The notes below the pieces were generated by a model. It worked only from the letters and a program-made list of their open reading frames with translations, made no database searches and was not told the DNA's origin. Below are positions 17,295 to 26,248 of a stretch of DNA of 64,000 bases, piece after piece (within the stretch, counting starts at the first letter, position 1; each line of letters begins with the position of its first letter). The position numbers and the translations under genes were made by a program. The stretch is from Smithella sp. (GTDB lineage: Bacteria; Desulfobacterota; Syntrophia; Syntrophales; Smithellaceae): assembly GCA_049523355.1 (NCBI GenBank), contig JBEKMY010000022.1, positions 7,440 through 71,439 of the forward strand. Direction: 5' to 3'.

Positions 17295-18992
17295 TCAGGC
17301 TAATTTCTTATTGATGTAAACTTGCTGACCGATACTTAAAATATTATTTAATAACCAGTAAATGACCAGCCCTGAAGGGAAATTCAGGAAGATGAAAGTA
17401 AACACCACGGGCATCAGCAACATTATTTTTGCCTGCATCGGATCGCCCACAGTCGGGGTCATTTTTTGTTGCATAAATTGCGTAGCGCCCATGATAATCG
17501 GCGTAATGTAATAAGGGTCTTTGGCCGATAAATCCTGAATCCACCAGAAAAATGGCGACTGTCGAAGTTCAATGGCGTAAAGAAGTGTATTGTACAGGCC
17601 GATAAATACCGGAATTTGAATGAGTATCGGTAAACAGCCGCTGAGAGGATTAACTTTATGCTCACGATAAAGAGCCATGGTTTCCTGTCCGAGCTTTGCC
17701 TGGTCATTTTTGTATTTCTCTTTTAACGCGAGTACTTTAGGCTGAATTTTCTGCATTTCCTTCATGGACTTGTAACTTATATTCCCCAGAGGCCAGAAGA
17801 TAACCTTAATCAGAATTGTCAAAAGAATAATGGCCACTCCATAATTGCCGACGTACTGATACAGAAATTTGATAAAAATCAGCAAGCCAATGGAAAGCCA
17901 TTTCAATCCCGGTATAAATGAATCAAATTCAACGGCTTCCTGCAGAGATATGCCCTGTTTCTTCAGGAGAGTATAATCCTTGGGACCGATAAAAAGATTA
18001 TATTTGATCGAACCGGACTGCCCCGGCGGTATCACGCTTTTTGTTTCCTTGAGATTTACGGAAACGGTGTTGTCGCTGTCTTTGGACATGTTGATAGTAG
18101 TTAGAGAAGGATCTTGAGGAATAATTACAGCCATAAAATATTTTCTCTCAAATCCACCCCAGGAAACATCGGGGCCAAGACTCAAGTCAGTTGATATATC
18201 CGAAATTTTTTTACGTTTGATGGAATTGGACACATAGGCGACAGGCCCTTCCTTGCTGTAACGGTCTGCTTTTTGACTTGGATCAATATGTTCGTACCAG
18301 TTAAGCTGCGGTGCCTGGGCAAGAGGTGTGTCTGTCAGGTTGGATACTTTTACATCCAGCGCGATTGAATAATTGTCGGGATTAAAGGTAAAAATCTTTT
18401 CTATCTTGATTTTACCGTTAAAAGTTCGGGAAAATACCAGACGCTGTTCTGTTTTATTTGTTGTCATGTCCAGCTTTGTTGCATCGGCGTCGTAAATGGA
18501 ATCGGTGGCAATCTCGGCTGCTGATTCAGGGAAAGTAATTGCCAGCGGATAAGGCATATTTTCATTCACCGCAACAAGCTCGATTAAATCACTGTTCTTT
18601 TCCTTTGCCGGCTGTTTAACGCCGGATATTAAATTTGTGATTACAGGATAAATATCTTTCGCGCATTTTGTGCATTCTTTCTGATATTTTTTTAGTTGAA
18701 ACGATTTCAGCGCGGCGCCTCTGGTGGAAAATACAGCTGTGTAATTTTCCGTTTCTACCTTTATATCTCTTGGCGGTTCTTCTTTTTTAGTAATGGTCTG
18801 TTTAGCTGTTGGTTTTGACGCTGCTAAAGATTGTGAGGGCGCGGTTTGTTTTACTGCCGTATCGGTGCTTACCTGCTTCGATTCCAAAACAGGCGCCGCC
18901 TTTGGATGCACAGGTGGTTTGGCAAAAAATGCCTGATATGCAAAAAGTACGGCCATTGACAGGACTACAGCCAGAATTGTCCTTTTATCCAT
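17295..18992 (-). CDS. yidC: membrane protein insertase YidC
   Basis: 565 aa with a large periplasmic domain and the conserved C-terminal core (PLSGCLPILIQIPVFIGLY, GLVIYW). Confidence 0.93.
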   Translation of the reverse strand: MDKRTILAVVLSMAVLFAYQAFFAKPPVHPKAAPVLESKQVSTDTAVKQTAPSQSLAASKPTAKQTITKKEEPPRDIKVETENYTAVFSTRGAALKSFQLKKYQKECTKCAKDIYPVITNLISGVKQPAKEKNSDLIELVAVNENMPYPLAITFPESAAEIATDSIYDADATKLDMTTNKTEQRLVFSRTFNGKIKIEKIFTFNPDNYSIALDVKVSNLTDTPLAQAPQLNWYEHIDPSQKADRYSKEGPVAYVSNSIKRKKISDISTDLSLGPDVSWGGFERKYFMAVIIPQDPSLTTINMSKDSDNTVSVNLKETKSVIPPGQSGSIKYNLFIGPKDYTLLKKQGISLQEAVEFDSFIPGLKWLSIGLLIFIKFLYQYVGNYGVAIILLTILIKVIFWPLGNISYKSMKEMQKIQPKVLALKEKYKNDQAKLGQETMALYREHKVNPLSGCLPILIQIPVFIGLYNTLLYAIELRQSPFFWWIQDLSAKDPYYITPIIMGATQFMQQKMTPTVGDPMQAKIMLLMPVVFTFIFLNFPSGLVIYWLLNNILSIGQQVYINKKLA

Positions 18993-19009
18993 TTGAAACC
19001 TCTCTTTTT

Positions 19010-19237
19010 TTACTTGACGGGATCGTAACCGCCGGGATGCAGGGGATGGCAGCGAAGAATTCTTTTAATGCCCAGGAAAGATCCTTTTGCCGGCCCATGC
19101 AGTTTAATTGCCTCAATAGTGTATTCAGAGCATGAAGGATAGAAACGACAGCATGGAGCAAAAAAGAAAGGTGACAAGCAAGTTTGATATAAACGAACCA
19201 TTAAAACAAAAAGTTTTGTCAAAATATTCCTGAGCAT
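19010..19237 (-). CDS. yidD: membrane protein insertion efficiency factor YidD
   Basis: YQTCLSPF...[10 protein letters not shown]...[16 protein letters not shown]. Confidence 0.9.
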   Translation of the reverse strand: MLRNILTKLFVLMVRLYQTCLSPFFFAPCCRFYPSCSEYTIEAIKLHGPAKGSFLGIKRILRCHPLHPGGYDPVK

Positions 19238-19240
19238 AAA

Positions 19241-19609
19241 TTATATGTTGTTATTTCGCGCGAAGAGTTCCGTCAATTCGTCACATGCTTTTTTATAAGT
19301 AATTCGGGGCGGCATATTTCTTTTAGCCATTATAACAACATCATGCCCGGCGGGAAACAAGTTCTTATTGAGACGGAAAAATTCTCTGATTAATCGTTTG
19401 ATTCTGTTTCTTCTTACCGCGTTTCCCGTTTTTTTTGTTACTGTAATTCCGAGCCTTTTAACCCCTTGTGTATTACTGCATGTGACAGTCGTAAAATGTT
19501 GAGAACTTCTCCAGACCCCCTGGTTATAAATTCCTTTAAACCTGCTTCTATTGGTTACCCTTTCCGGTTTCCGGTAAGATTGTTCCTTCATGCATATCGA
19601 CCTGACCAT
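19241..19609 (-). CDS. rnpA: ribonuclease P protein component
   Basis: Position between rpmH and yidD. Basic RNR-type motif ([18 protein letters not shown]). The start could be the downstream ATG at 19591. Confidence 0.88.
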   Translation of the reverse strand: MVRSICMKEQSYRKPERVTNRSRFKGIYNQGVWRSSQHFTTVTCSNTQGVKRLGITVTKKTGNAVRRNRIKRLIREFFRLNKNLFPAGHDVVIMAKRNMPPRITYKKACDELTELFARNNNI

Positions 19610-19633
19610 CCTTAATTTGCTAAGGTGCCGGAT

Positions 19634-19771
19634 TTATACGGTTAAACGTTTTCTGCCTTTAGCTCTTCTTCGGCTTAAAACTTGTCTTCCTGTTTTTGAC
19701 TCCATTCGAATGAGAAAACCGTGAGTTCTCTTTCTTTTGGTATTTGTTTTATTGGTCAAAGTCTTTTTCAT
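19634..19771 (-). CDS. rpmH: 50S ribosomal protein L34
   Basis: Hand translation of the minus strand gives [45 protein letters not shown]. Too short for the ORF track. Confidence 0.9.
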   Translation of the reverse strand: MKKTLTNKTNTKRKRTHGFLIRMESKTGRQVLSRRRAKGRKRLTV

Positions 19772-19942
19772 AAGTAAAACCCCTAAAAGTAATAGGGTAA
19801 TGCGTTAATCATAGTAGCATTTGTTTGTCAAGGTTAAATTGGTTCATATGGAAAGTTCAATAGATTGCATCAATGCTAATTTATTTATAAATAACAATAC
19901 TTGAAAGAAAAATCAATCAAGTGTAAACATAACATTCAGGCC

Positions 19943-20316
19943 GGAGAAGATCAGATGATCGTCGGCAGAATTTATCTGCCGGAGGAAAGTCCGAGCTCCA
20001 CAGGGCAGGATGGTCGCTAACGGCGACTGGGGGTAACCCTAAGGAAAGTGCCACAGAAAATATACCGCCCGGAGCGAAAGTTCAGGGTAAGGGTGAAAAG
20101 GCGAGGTAAGAGCTCACCGCTTTTCCGGTGACGGAAAAGGCATGGTAAACCCCATCCGGAGCAAGACCAAATAGGAGAACGTTTAAGGGCTGCCCGCCTG
20201 ATGTTCTCGGGTAGTGTCGCTAGAGGCAGCAGGCAACTGCTGTCCCAGATGAATGATCATCGCCGCGTAAAGGGTGACCGAAACGCGGAACAGGACTCGG
20301 CTTATGATCTTCTCCC
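19943..20316 (+). ncRNA. rnpB: RNase P RNA, bacterial type A
   Basis: GAGGAAAGTCCGAGCTCCACAGGGCAG, GTGCCACAGAAA and ACAGGACTCGGCTTATGATC universal blocks. The P1 helix closes ggagaagatc (19943-) with gatcttctcc (-20315). Confidence 0.9.
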
Positions 20317-20340
20317 GTGCCTGTTTATACCGCTTCTAAA

Positions 20341-20372
20341 GGAAGTATTCGCCATGTTTGGCGAATACTTCC
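20341..20372 (+). terminator. perfect 13-bp stem-loop just after rnpB
   Basis: ggaagtattcgcc atgttt ggcgaatacttcc. There is no U tract, so a role as a terminator or processing site is uncertain. Confidence 0.35.
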
Positions 20373-20472
20373 CGACCATGCAGGTTCTAATTATTATGCG
20401 CTTTCCTTAAACGGAATGCCCACCCGGTCAGCAAGCCTAATGCCCCGCAGTTTTGTTTAGAATAGGGGTTCA

Positions 20473-20715
20473 TTACAAATGCTTTCCTTTCTCCTTTGCC
20501 TCCTTATAAAGCGTCCACATGCACAGACCGATGGCCAGAAGAAAGGAACAGACCATAAAGTTCGGTGTGGTTCCCAGGATTTCATCTATAAGGTAACCAA
20601 CATAAAGGAACAGGAAAGAAGATAGCACCATTGCAAATCCCCAGGCCGACAGCATTAATATGCCTCTAATCGTGTTGAACTGCTCACGATTTGCATTGGG
20701 TTTCTTTACCGGCAT
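20473..20715 (-). CDS. AtpZ/AtpI-family small membrane protein (putative F0F1-ATPase gene-1 protein)
   Basis: Two TM helices with the YVGYLIDEILGTTPNF pattern typical of PF09527. Start chosen at MPVKK. Confidence 0.6.
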   Translation of the reverse strand: MPVKKPNANREQFNTIRGILMLSAWGFAMVLSSFLFLYVGYLIDEILGTTPNFMVCSFLLAIGLCMWTLYKEAKEKGKHL

Positions 20716-20806
20716 GGTGCGCGCTACCTTTATTTCAGTGGAAATTATCAAACATAAACATCCGGGTGCTCTTGGAAAAAAATCGCTGGTCAATATTTAA
20801 TAGATG

Positions 20807-21001
20807 TTATTCTAATTGAATAAAATTTATGAATCTTTTTACCAGATCAATTCCGGAATCTGTAAAGAGGGCAACTAATATAATCATAAGAATGAATATT
20901 ATGATTAATTCGCGGTTGCGCATTTTCTTATATTTTCTTTTTATAAAACAAAGAATAATGCCACCTGCGACTAATACAATTAGATGCGGCAAAAAGTTCA
21001 T
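20807..21001 (-). CDS. small two-TM membrane protein, hypothetical
   Basis: 64-aa ORF with two hydrophobic helices separated by KRKYKKMRNR. Confidence 0.4.
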   Translation of the reverse strand: MNFLPHLIVLVAGGIILCFIKRKYKKMRNRELIIIFILMIILVALFTDSGIDLVKRFINFIQLE

Positions 21002-21133
21002 TTTGCTCTCCTTTTATTTACAATAATAAATATATTTAACAGGAAATGCCTCTTAAAAATATTATATATTATGTTTGATGAAAGTTCATGCTATTTATTA
21101 AAATGATTACATTGAAATTGGAGTTTCAGGAAT

Positions 21134-21164
21134 AAAAAAGGCCGAATCGAAATTCGGCCTTTTT
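21134..21164 (-). terminator. rho-independent (bidirectional-type) terminator after the Cache gene
   Basis: aaaaaa ggccgaat cgaa attcggcc ttttt. Confidence 0.75.
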
Positions 21165-21189
21165 GGTTAATTTATAAAATTAAGTTTAA

Positions 21190-22497
21190 TTATTTGTCGT
21201 CGTCATCATCATCGTCGAACGATTCCGAACCTTCCGAACCTTTTGGAACCTCCGCCTGTAATGAACGGGTAATTCCACGAACCAGGAGCAGCATAATAAA
21301 GAAGAGAATAATCATGGAAGCGATAAGAATAAAGATGACCGTCGCAGTCCATGCTTTTGATTCCTTTTCAATATTCTTGGATAACTTCGTTGCTTCTGCG
21401 TTAAATTTATCAACATCCAGTCCCAGTCCTACCCAGCCGAAACCGGCGGGTTGGGGAAGATTTGACGCATAAAACTTGATCGGAGCATAGGCGACGAACT
21501 TGGTGACCCCATTATATTTGTACATTAAAATCCCTGCTTTGCCCTGTGAAGCTTCTTTCGTGATTTTAAATATATTGGGATCCATAAAGCCCAACTGGAA
21601 CATGTTCAAAGCTTCCATGCCTTTCTTTGACATTTCTGCCGTATTCTCAGCCGTAAGAGTTGGAACAATTTTCCCATCGGGGGCGAGCCCAACAATATGT
21701 GAATCAGTAGGATGGGCAATCATAAAACCTCGATGGTCGACCATATAAGCGTAATTACCGGTAGAAGCATCCGCTTCAAATACCTTTTCCGCTTGTGTAG
21801 GAATAAGGTGATCGGTAAACTCGGCCAAATGACGATAATCCAGGGACAGTACAATTATACCGGCAAAGCCATTTTGATTGAACACAGGCGTCGCAAAACG
21901 GACGACTCCGGAAAACCTTTGTCCCTTATCGAACGCTGCCTTGTCGACATATAACCCTGTTACAGGGGAGACATAACTTTCGCCTTTGTTAAGATTTTTT
22001 GTCTTGGCAAAATAATCTTCAGTCTTATATGTTGTATTGGCCGGATTGCTGACATTAACCAGTTTTTTTGCCGCCTGTCCGTCCACAATTTTAATTAGTT
22101 CATTGCCGTTTTTGTCAATCAACGCCATTTCTTTATACAGCGGGATTAACACCTGCTGTATTTTACCGTTACTTTTGATCCATACCGGTTTTTTATTTTC
22201 AGAAACAAACTGCTTGTACATGCCTTCTGATGCGGGAATGATGGTGGCAACTTGCAAATCTTTATTGCATTCTCTTAAGAAACTGGCAACTTCGTTTGCT
22301 GTATTGACGGCTCTTGCTTTTATATCTTCCTGAACTCTGTTATCGAGAACTTTGATTGTTCTCTCGTTTATAGTAACCCCCAGCTTAAACATGCCGTTGG
22401 CAATTAAGAAAGCCATTAATGATAAGGGGATTACGATAAGCAGGAAGAACACGCCTCCTATATTTAAAGACCGCTTATCTTTTTTAGTTTTTGACAT
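21190..22497 (-). CDS. membrane-anchored double-Cache-like extracytoplasmic domain protein without output domain, poly-Asp C-terminus
   Basis: N-terminal TM, then about 330 aa extracytoplasmic with Cache-type patterns (YVSPV..., GVVRFATPVF, YAYMVDHRGFMIAHP, FVAYAPI), then a second TM. The cytoplasmic tail is only about 30 aa and ends SFDDDDDDDK. Confidence 0.75.
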   Translation of the reverse strand: MSKTKKDKRSLNIGGVFFLLIVIPLSLMAFLIANGMFKLGVTINERTIKVLDNRVQEDIKARAVNTANEVASFLRECNKDLQVATIIPASEGMYKQFVSENKKPVWIKSNGKIQQVLIPLYKEMALIDKNGNELIKIVDGQAAKKLVNVSNPANTTYKTEDYFAKTKNLNKGESYVSPVTGLYVDKAAFDKGQRFSGVVRFATPVFNQNGFAGIIVLSLDYRHLAEFTDHLIPTQAEKVFEADASTGNYAYMVDHRGFMIAHPTDSHIVGLAPDGKIVPTLTAENTAEMSKKGMEALNMFQLGFMDPNIFKITKEASQGKAGILMYKYNGVTKFVAYAPIKFYASNLPQPAGFGWVGLGLDVDKFNAEATKLSKNIEKESKAWTATVIFILIASMIILFFIMLLLVRGITRSLQAEVPKGSEGSESFDDDDDDDK

Positions 22498-22545
22498 TAC
22501 TAGTTCCCCCTAACCTTTGTTATTTTGTAGTTAATTTGTTTTATA

Positions 22546-22920
22546 TTAACCCAAAAAATAACGCATGTAAGGGTTAGCATAGAGAAGAACCAGAGAAACG
22601 ACCAGCGCGTAAATCGCGATGGATTCAGCCATGGCCATACCAACCAGCATGGTCATCATGATTTTGCCCTGTACTCCGGGATTTCTTCCAACTGCCTGAC
22701 AGGCACCACTTGCTGCGTTACCAATACCTGCGCCAGCGCCGATAGCTCCGAGGCCGATAGCCAGACCGGCACCGATCATTGCGGCCATAGCAAAGTATAC
22801 TTTAATGTAAGATTCGCCTGCCGGAATGGCTTCTGCGGCAAAAACGAGCGGACTCGCTATGAGCAGAACTGCTACAGATGTAAACGCGGTTAGAATTTTT
22901 TTACCAAAATTGTGTGACAT
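22546..22920 (-). CDS. atpE: F-type ATP synthase subunit c with N-terminal signal-peptide-like extension
   Basis: Hairpin core GLAIGLGAIGAGAGIGN...GRNPGVQGKIMMTMLVGMAMAESIAIYALVVSLVLLYANPY. It is preceded by KKILTAFTSVAVLLIASPLVFA-AEA. Confidence 0.85.
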   Translation of the reverse strand: MSHNFGKKILTAFTSVAVLLIASPLVFAAEAIPAGESYIKVYFAMAAMIGAGLAIGLGAIGAGAGIGNAASGACQAVGRNPGVQGKIMMTMLVGMAMAESIAIYALVVSLVLLYANPYMRYFLG

Positions 22921-23028
22921 TGTTTATCTCCTTTCATAATAAATTGTTTATTATTACTTCCTGTTACCATAACATAAATCGAAAGCCATGGGAAAGAGAA
23001 ATAATTTAACTCATTCTGTTCAAACTTA

Positions 23029-23045
23029 TTGCATGACTTATGCCA
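23029..23045 (-). promoter_or_regulatory. sigma-54 (-24/-12) promoter upstream of atpE
   Basis: The minus strand reads TGGCATAAGTCATGCAA, which is TGGCA-N7-TGCA with exact GG-N10-GC spacing. It lies about 100 nt upstream of the atpE ATG. Confidence 0.6.
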
Positions 23046-23222
23046 TAGCTTAAGCGCCGGGGGAAAATACTTCACGATTAAATAACGTGACTGTTGAAAA
23101 AATATCAATCTAATCTGTTGAGATTGTTTCATTTCACAAAAAATAAAAAATAAAAAAATTTATATAAAAAAATATCAGCAGGTTTTTTTACAATCTTAAT
23201 GGCATCAAAATTTGCGGCCGCA

Positions 23223-23261
23223 TTTAATGTTTTGTTAAACGTGTCTTTATAAAACATTAAA
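23223..23261. promoter_or_regulatory. 11-bp perfect inverted repeat (possible activator UAS)
   Basis: tttaatgtttt-N17-aaaacattaaa, about 180-215 bp upstream of the -24 element. An A-tract block (about 23137-23172) lies in between. Confidence 0.3.
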
Positions 23262-23443
23262 ATCAATTTGTGGAAGGCGGCTTTTTACGTAAGAGCGCTT
23301 GTCAGTTCTCTTTCCTTTTATATGTCCGCGATAATGCTCTTAAACAGGCTCGGAAAACACTTTTTTATATTTTTATTGAAATTTTCCGCTAAGGCCGTTA
23401 ATATCGTGAAAATAAAATAAGAAACTTTCATTAAAGGATTATT

Positions 23444-23623
23444 ATGCAGGAGATTTTAACGGCAGTCACTTACCTTATTGTATGGTTTTTTTGTTCTTAT
23501 ATTCTAAAAATCGAAAGTGGTTTTGCAAAACTTCTTATTTCACTGACAGCGGCAATTCTTGTTTATGTCTTAATAGGTATCAAGCTTTCCCATAAAGAAA
23601 ATAAAAAGGATAAAGAATATTAG
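23444..23623 (+). CDS. small two-TM membrane protein (59 aa), hypothetical
   Basis: MQEILTAVTYLIVWFFCSYILKIESGFAKLLISLTAAILVYVLIGIKLSHKENKKDKEY. The stop codon abuts the kinase GTG start. Below the ORF-track length cutoff. Confidence 0.4.
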   Translation: MQEILTAVTYLIVWFFCSYILKIESGFAKLLISLTAAILVYVLIGIKLSHKENKKDKEY

Positions 23624-26248
23624 GTGACTTTATTCAATAAAATTAAAATCCTTCTCTATAAGGCTGTGAGAGTGCGCATCTGGTTTGCCAGCATCACGGT
23701 TATCATCCTGTTTCTGCTTTTAGCTCTGACAGTGAACAGCGCCCGCGAAAAGGATATTGTGAATATCTTCAGCCGGCAGCAGCTTGTCAATGTTCAAAAC
23801 ACCGCAAAAAGAATGACAGATGTTTTTTCGCAGGTTGGGAAAAACATTGCTTTGTTTTCTCATTTTGATCCGCAGTTAAAAATGCCGCCCGGAGAAATGG
23901 ATAGTTATTATAAAGTACTGTCTTCCGGATGGGAAAACACTTTTGATACGATTGTCTATTTTGACGCTTCAGGCAAGATAGAGAGCTTTTACCCGCGCAA
24001 TACACGGCCTGCAATAAATTTATCAGATCACTTTAATATTATCCGGAAAAAACAAAAACAATATTTAGGTCTGGCTTTGCCCCAACCATCAGACGCAATC
24101 AGTTTAAAACAAAAAACGAACAGGTATCTGGTTGTTGGCTACCCTGTCAGGCGGCAAGACGGTAAATTTACCGGAGCGTGGTTAGTTTCATTTTCTCTTT
24201 CGGCGGTTATGGATAAATACAATAAACAAACAATAAATAATGAGTTGGGTGAACTCTGGTTAATCGATGAAAAACAGCAGGTAATTATTAATCGTGATTC
24301 AGAATTTAACGGGAGATATATAAAAGACATTTTGAAAAACAGCAGTGAAGCTAAAATGGATTTTTCGTCGGATAAAGGCGGTTTCTTTGAATCGACGGTT
24401 TTCCTGAATAATAAAAAACATCAGCGCAGTATTATTGCTTATTATCCATTGTTAAATGGAGATAAAAAATGGACTCTTCTGATTGTTGCTCCTTACAGTC
24501 AGGTCATTTCACCTCTACGCAAAACTTTTTTCTACACGCTTTTCAGTTCATTATTGCTCATTATTGTAGTTATTATTGCCAGCATGTCTTTTGCCTATAA
24601 AGAGGGTAAAAGACTGCGCATCACGGAAGAGAAGAAGAGATTAAATGAGCGGAAGGACTGGCAGGAAAAACTGCTGCGGGAAAAGAAAACTATAGAAGGT
24701 ATTATTGAAGGTTCGCCCATTCCCAGCTTTGTGATCAACAATGAACATAAAGTCATATTATGGAATCGGGCCTGTACGGAACTAACAGGTTATTCCGCTC
24801 AGAACATGCTCGGCACGGATAATCATTACAAGCCTCTCTATTCAGTCAAAAGGCCGCTTATCGCGGATTTGATCGTTGATAACCAGGTGGAGAACTTGAG
24901 TAAATATTACGGCAATAAAAAGATAAAGAAATCCGAAAAAGTTTTAGAAGCATATGAGGCGACGGATTATTTTGACAGTGTCGGCGGCCGCAGCCGGATA
25001 TTATATTTTCTGGCGGCTCCCATCTATGATGAAAAAGGTGAAATAATAGCGGCGATTGAAACACTGCAGGATATTTCACGTGAAAGGGAAATGACGAAAA
25101 GTTTAAGCGAATACGCCGAGACGCTGCAAAATGAATTGATCGAAAATATAGAACTCAGACGCCAGATAGAAGACATTTACAACTATTTACAGTCGATAGT
25201 GAACAGTTTGCCGGATATAATTTATGAAATTGATGAAAACGGCATCATCAATTTCGTCAGCCGCGGTTTGAGGAAAAAAGCGGAATCGTCTCCCCGTGAA
25301 TTCAAGAACAGGCATTTTCTGGAATTTGTCGCGTCAGGGTATGAAGATTTTGTGATGTCCAAATGGGAAGATGCGAAAAAAGGCATTTATCATCCTTATG
25401 AGATCGAAGCGAAGGATAAGGAGGGACGCAAGCGGAATCTACTGATTGCAACCTCTCCCGTTATTGGAACCAATCATTATCTGCTGGTTCAACGTGATAT
25501 TACCGAATTTAAAAATCTGGAGAAAAAACTTTACGACAGCCAGAAGCTGGCGGCTCTCGGACAGTTGTCGGCAGGGATAGCTCATGAAATACGCAATCCT
25601 CTTTCTTCAATCAAAATGAGTTTGCAAATATTGGCAAAACGCATGAATCCCGAAGGGAACGATTTGAAGAGATTCAAAATCGCGGAAAAAGAAGTGGACC
25701 ATCTGGAGATGCTGGTCAATAATATTTTAGCTTTTGCCAAACCGGTGGACGCGAAGAAAGCCCCTGTAAATCTGTCCAAAGTTCTGGAGCAGGCGCTGGC
25801 CATGGCGGAAAAGGAAATCACCGACAAAAAAATTACGGTGCGTACAAATTTCGGCGATATTCCTCCCGTTGCGGTTGATTCGGCAATGATGGCTGATGCT
25901 TTTTTAAATGTTATCCGCAACGCGTCGGAAGCCATGGCGGATAAAGGCGAAATCACGATTTCGCTTAGCTGCCCGGATGAAATTCGTCAGTCAGTGGTTG
26001 TGGAGATTAAAGATAATGGCAGCGGCATTGATGACGAAGATATGCCGCATATATTTAATCCTTTCTTTACGCGTAAAAATTATGGTACTGGTTTGGGACT
26101 TTCTCTGGTAAAGAAAATAATTGATATTCACCAGGGTACGATTGATATTTCCAGTAAGATGAATGAGGGAACGACGGTGCTTATTGTTTTGCCGCTGGGA
26201 ACAGAACTGGCCCGTTCATTCGTTACAAACGAAGAAGGTAATGTATGA
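23624..26248 (+). CDS. sensor histidine kinase (TM, Cache-like periplasmic domain, TM, PAS x2, HisKA, HATPase_c)
   Basis: H-box SAGIAHEIRNPLSS, N-box NVIRNASEAM, DNGSGI, GTGLGLS. Two TM segments flank an extracytoplasmic domain of about 270 aa. Confidence 0.9.
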   Translation: MTLFNKIKILLYKAVRVRIWFASITVIILFLLLALTVNSAREKDIVNIFSRQQLVNVQNTAKRMTDVFSQVGKNIALFSHFDPQLKMPPGEMDSYYKVLSSGWENTFDTIVYFDASGKIESFYPRNTRPAINLSDHFNIIRKKQKQYLGLALPQPSDAISLKQKTNRYLVVGYPVRRQDGKFTGAWLVSFSLSAVMDKYNKQTINNELGELWLIDEKQQVIINRDSEFNGRYIKDILKNSSEAKMDFSSDKGGFFESTVFLNNKKHQRSIIAYYPLLNGDKKWTLLIVAPYSQVISPLRKTFFYTLFSSLLLIIVVIIASMSFAYKEGKRLRITEEKKRLNERKDWQEKLLREKKTIEGIIEGSPIPSFVINNEHKVILWNRACTELTGYSAQNMLGTDNHYKPLYSVKRPLIADLIVDNQVENLSKYYGNKKIKKSEKVLEAYEATDYFDSVGGRSRILYFLAAPIYDEKGEIIAAIETLQDISREREMTKSLSEYAETLQNELIENIELRRQIEDIYNYLQSIVNSLPDIIYEIDENGIINFVSRGLRKKAESSPREFKNRHFLEFVASGYEDFVMSKWEDAKKGIYHPYEIEAKDKEGRKRNLLIATSPVIGTNHYLLVQRDITEFKNLEKKLYDSQKLAALGQLSAGIAHEIRNPLSSIKMSLQILAKRMNPEGNDLKRFKIAEKEVDHLEMLVNNILAFAKPVDAKKAPVNLSKVLEQALAMAEKEITDKKITVRTNFGDIPPVAVDSAMMADAFLNVIRNASEAMADKGEITISLSCPDEIRQSVVVEIKDNGSGIDDEDMPHIFNPFFTRKNYGTGLGLSLVKKIIDIHQGTIDISSKMNEGTTVLIVLPLGTELARSFVTNEEGNV

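Noticed and set aside
19772-19942. Possible oriC/dnaA region upstream of rpmH
   Set aside because: No dnaA gene and no cluster of TTATCCACA-like boxes are visible. The space is taken by the rnpB promoter region.
20201-20410. 69-aa ORF
   Set aside because: It lies inside the RNase P RNA gene and its trailing hairpin.
22890-23132. 80-aa minus-strand ORF upstream of atpE
   Set aside because: It overlaps the atpE start and the sigma-54 promoter and has an AT-rich, composition-driven sequence.
23200-23215. Plus-strand sigma-54-like sequence TGGCATCAAAATTTGC facing the kinase operon
   Set aside because: The GG to GC spacing is 11 nt rather than the required 10, so it is not counted as a -24/-12 promoter.
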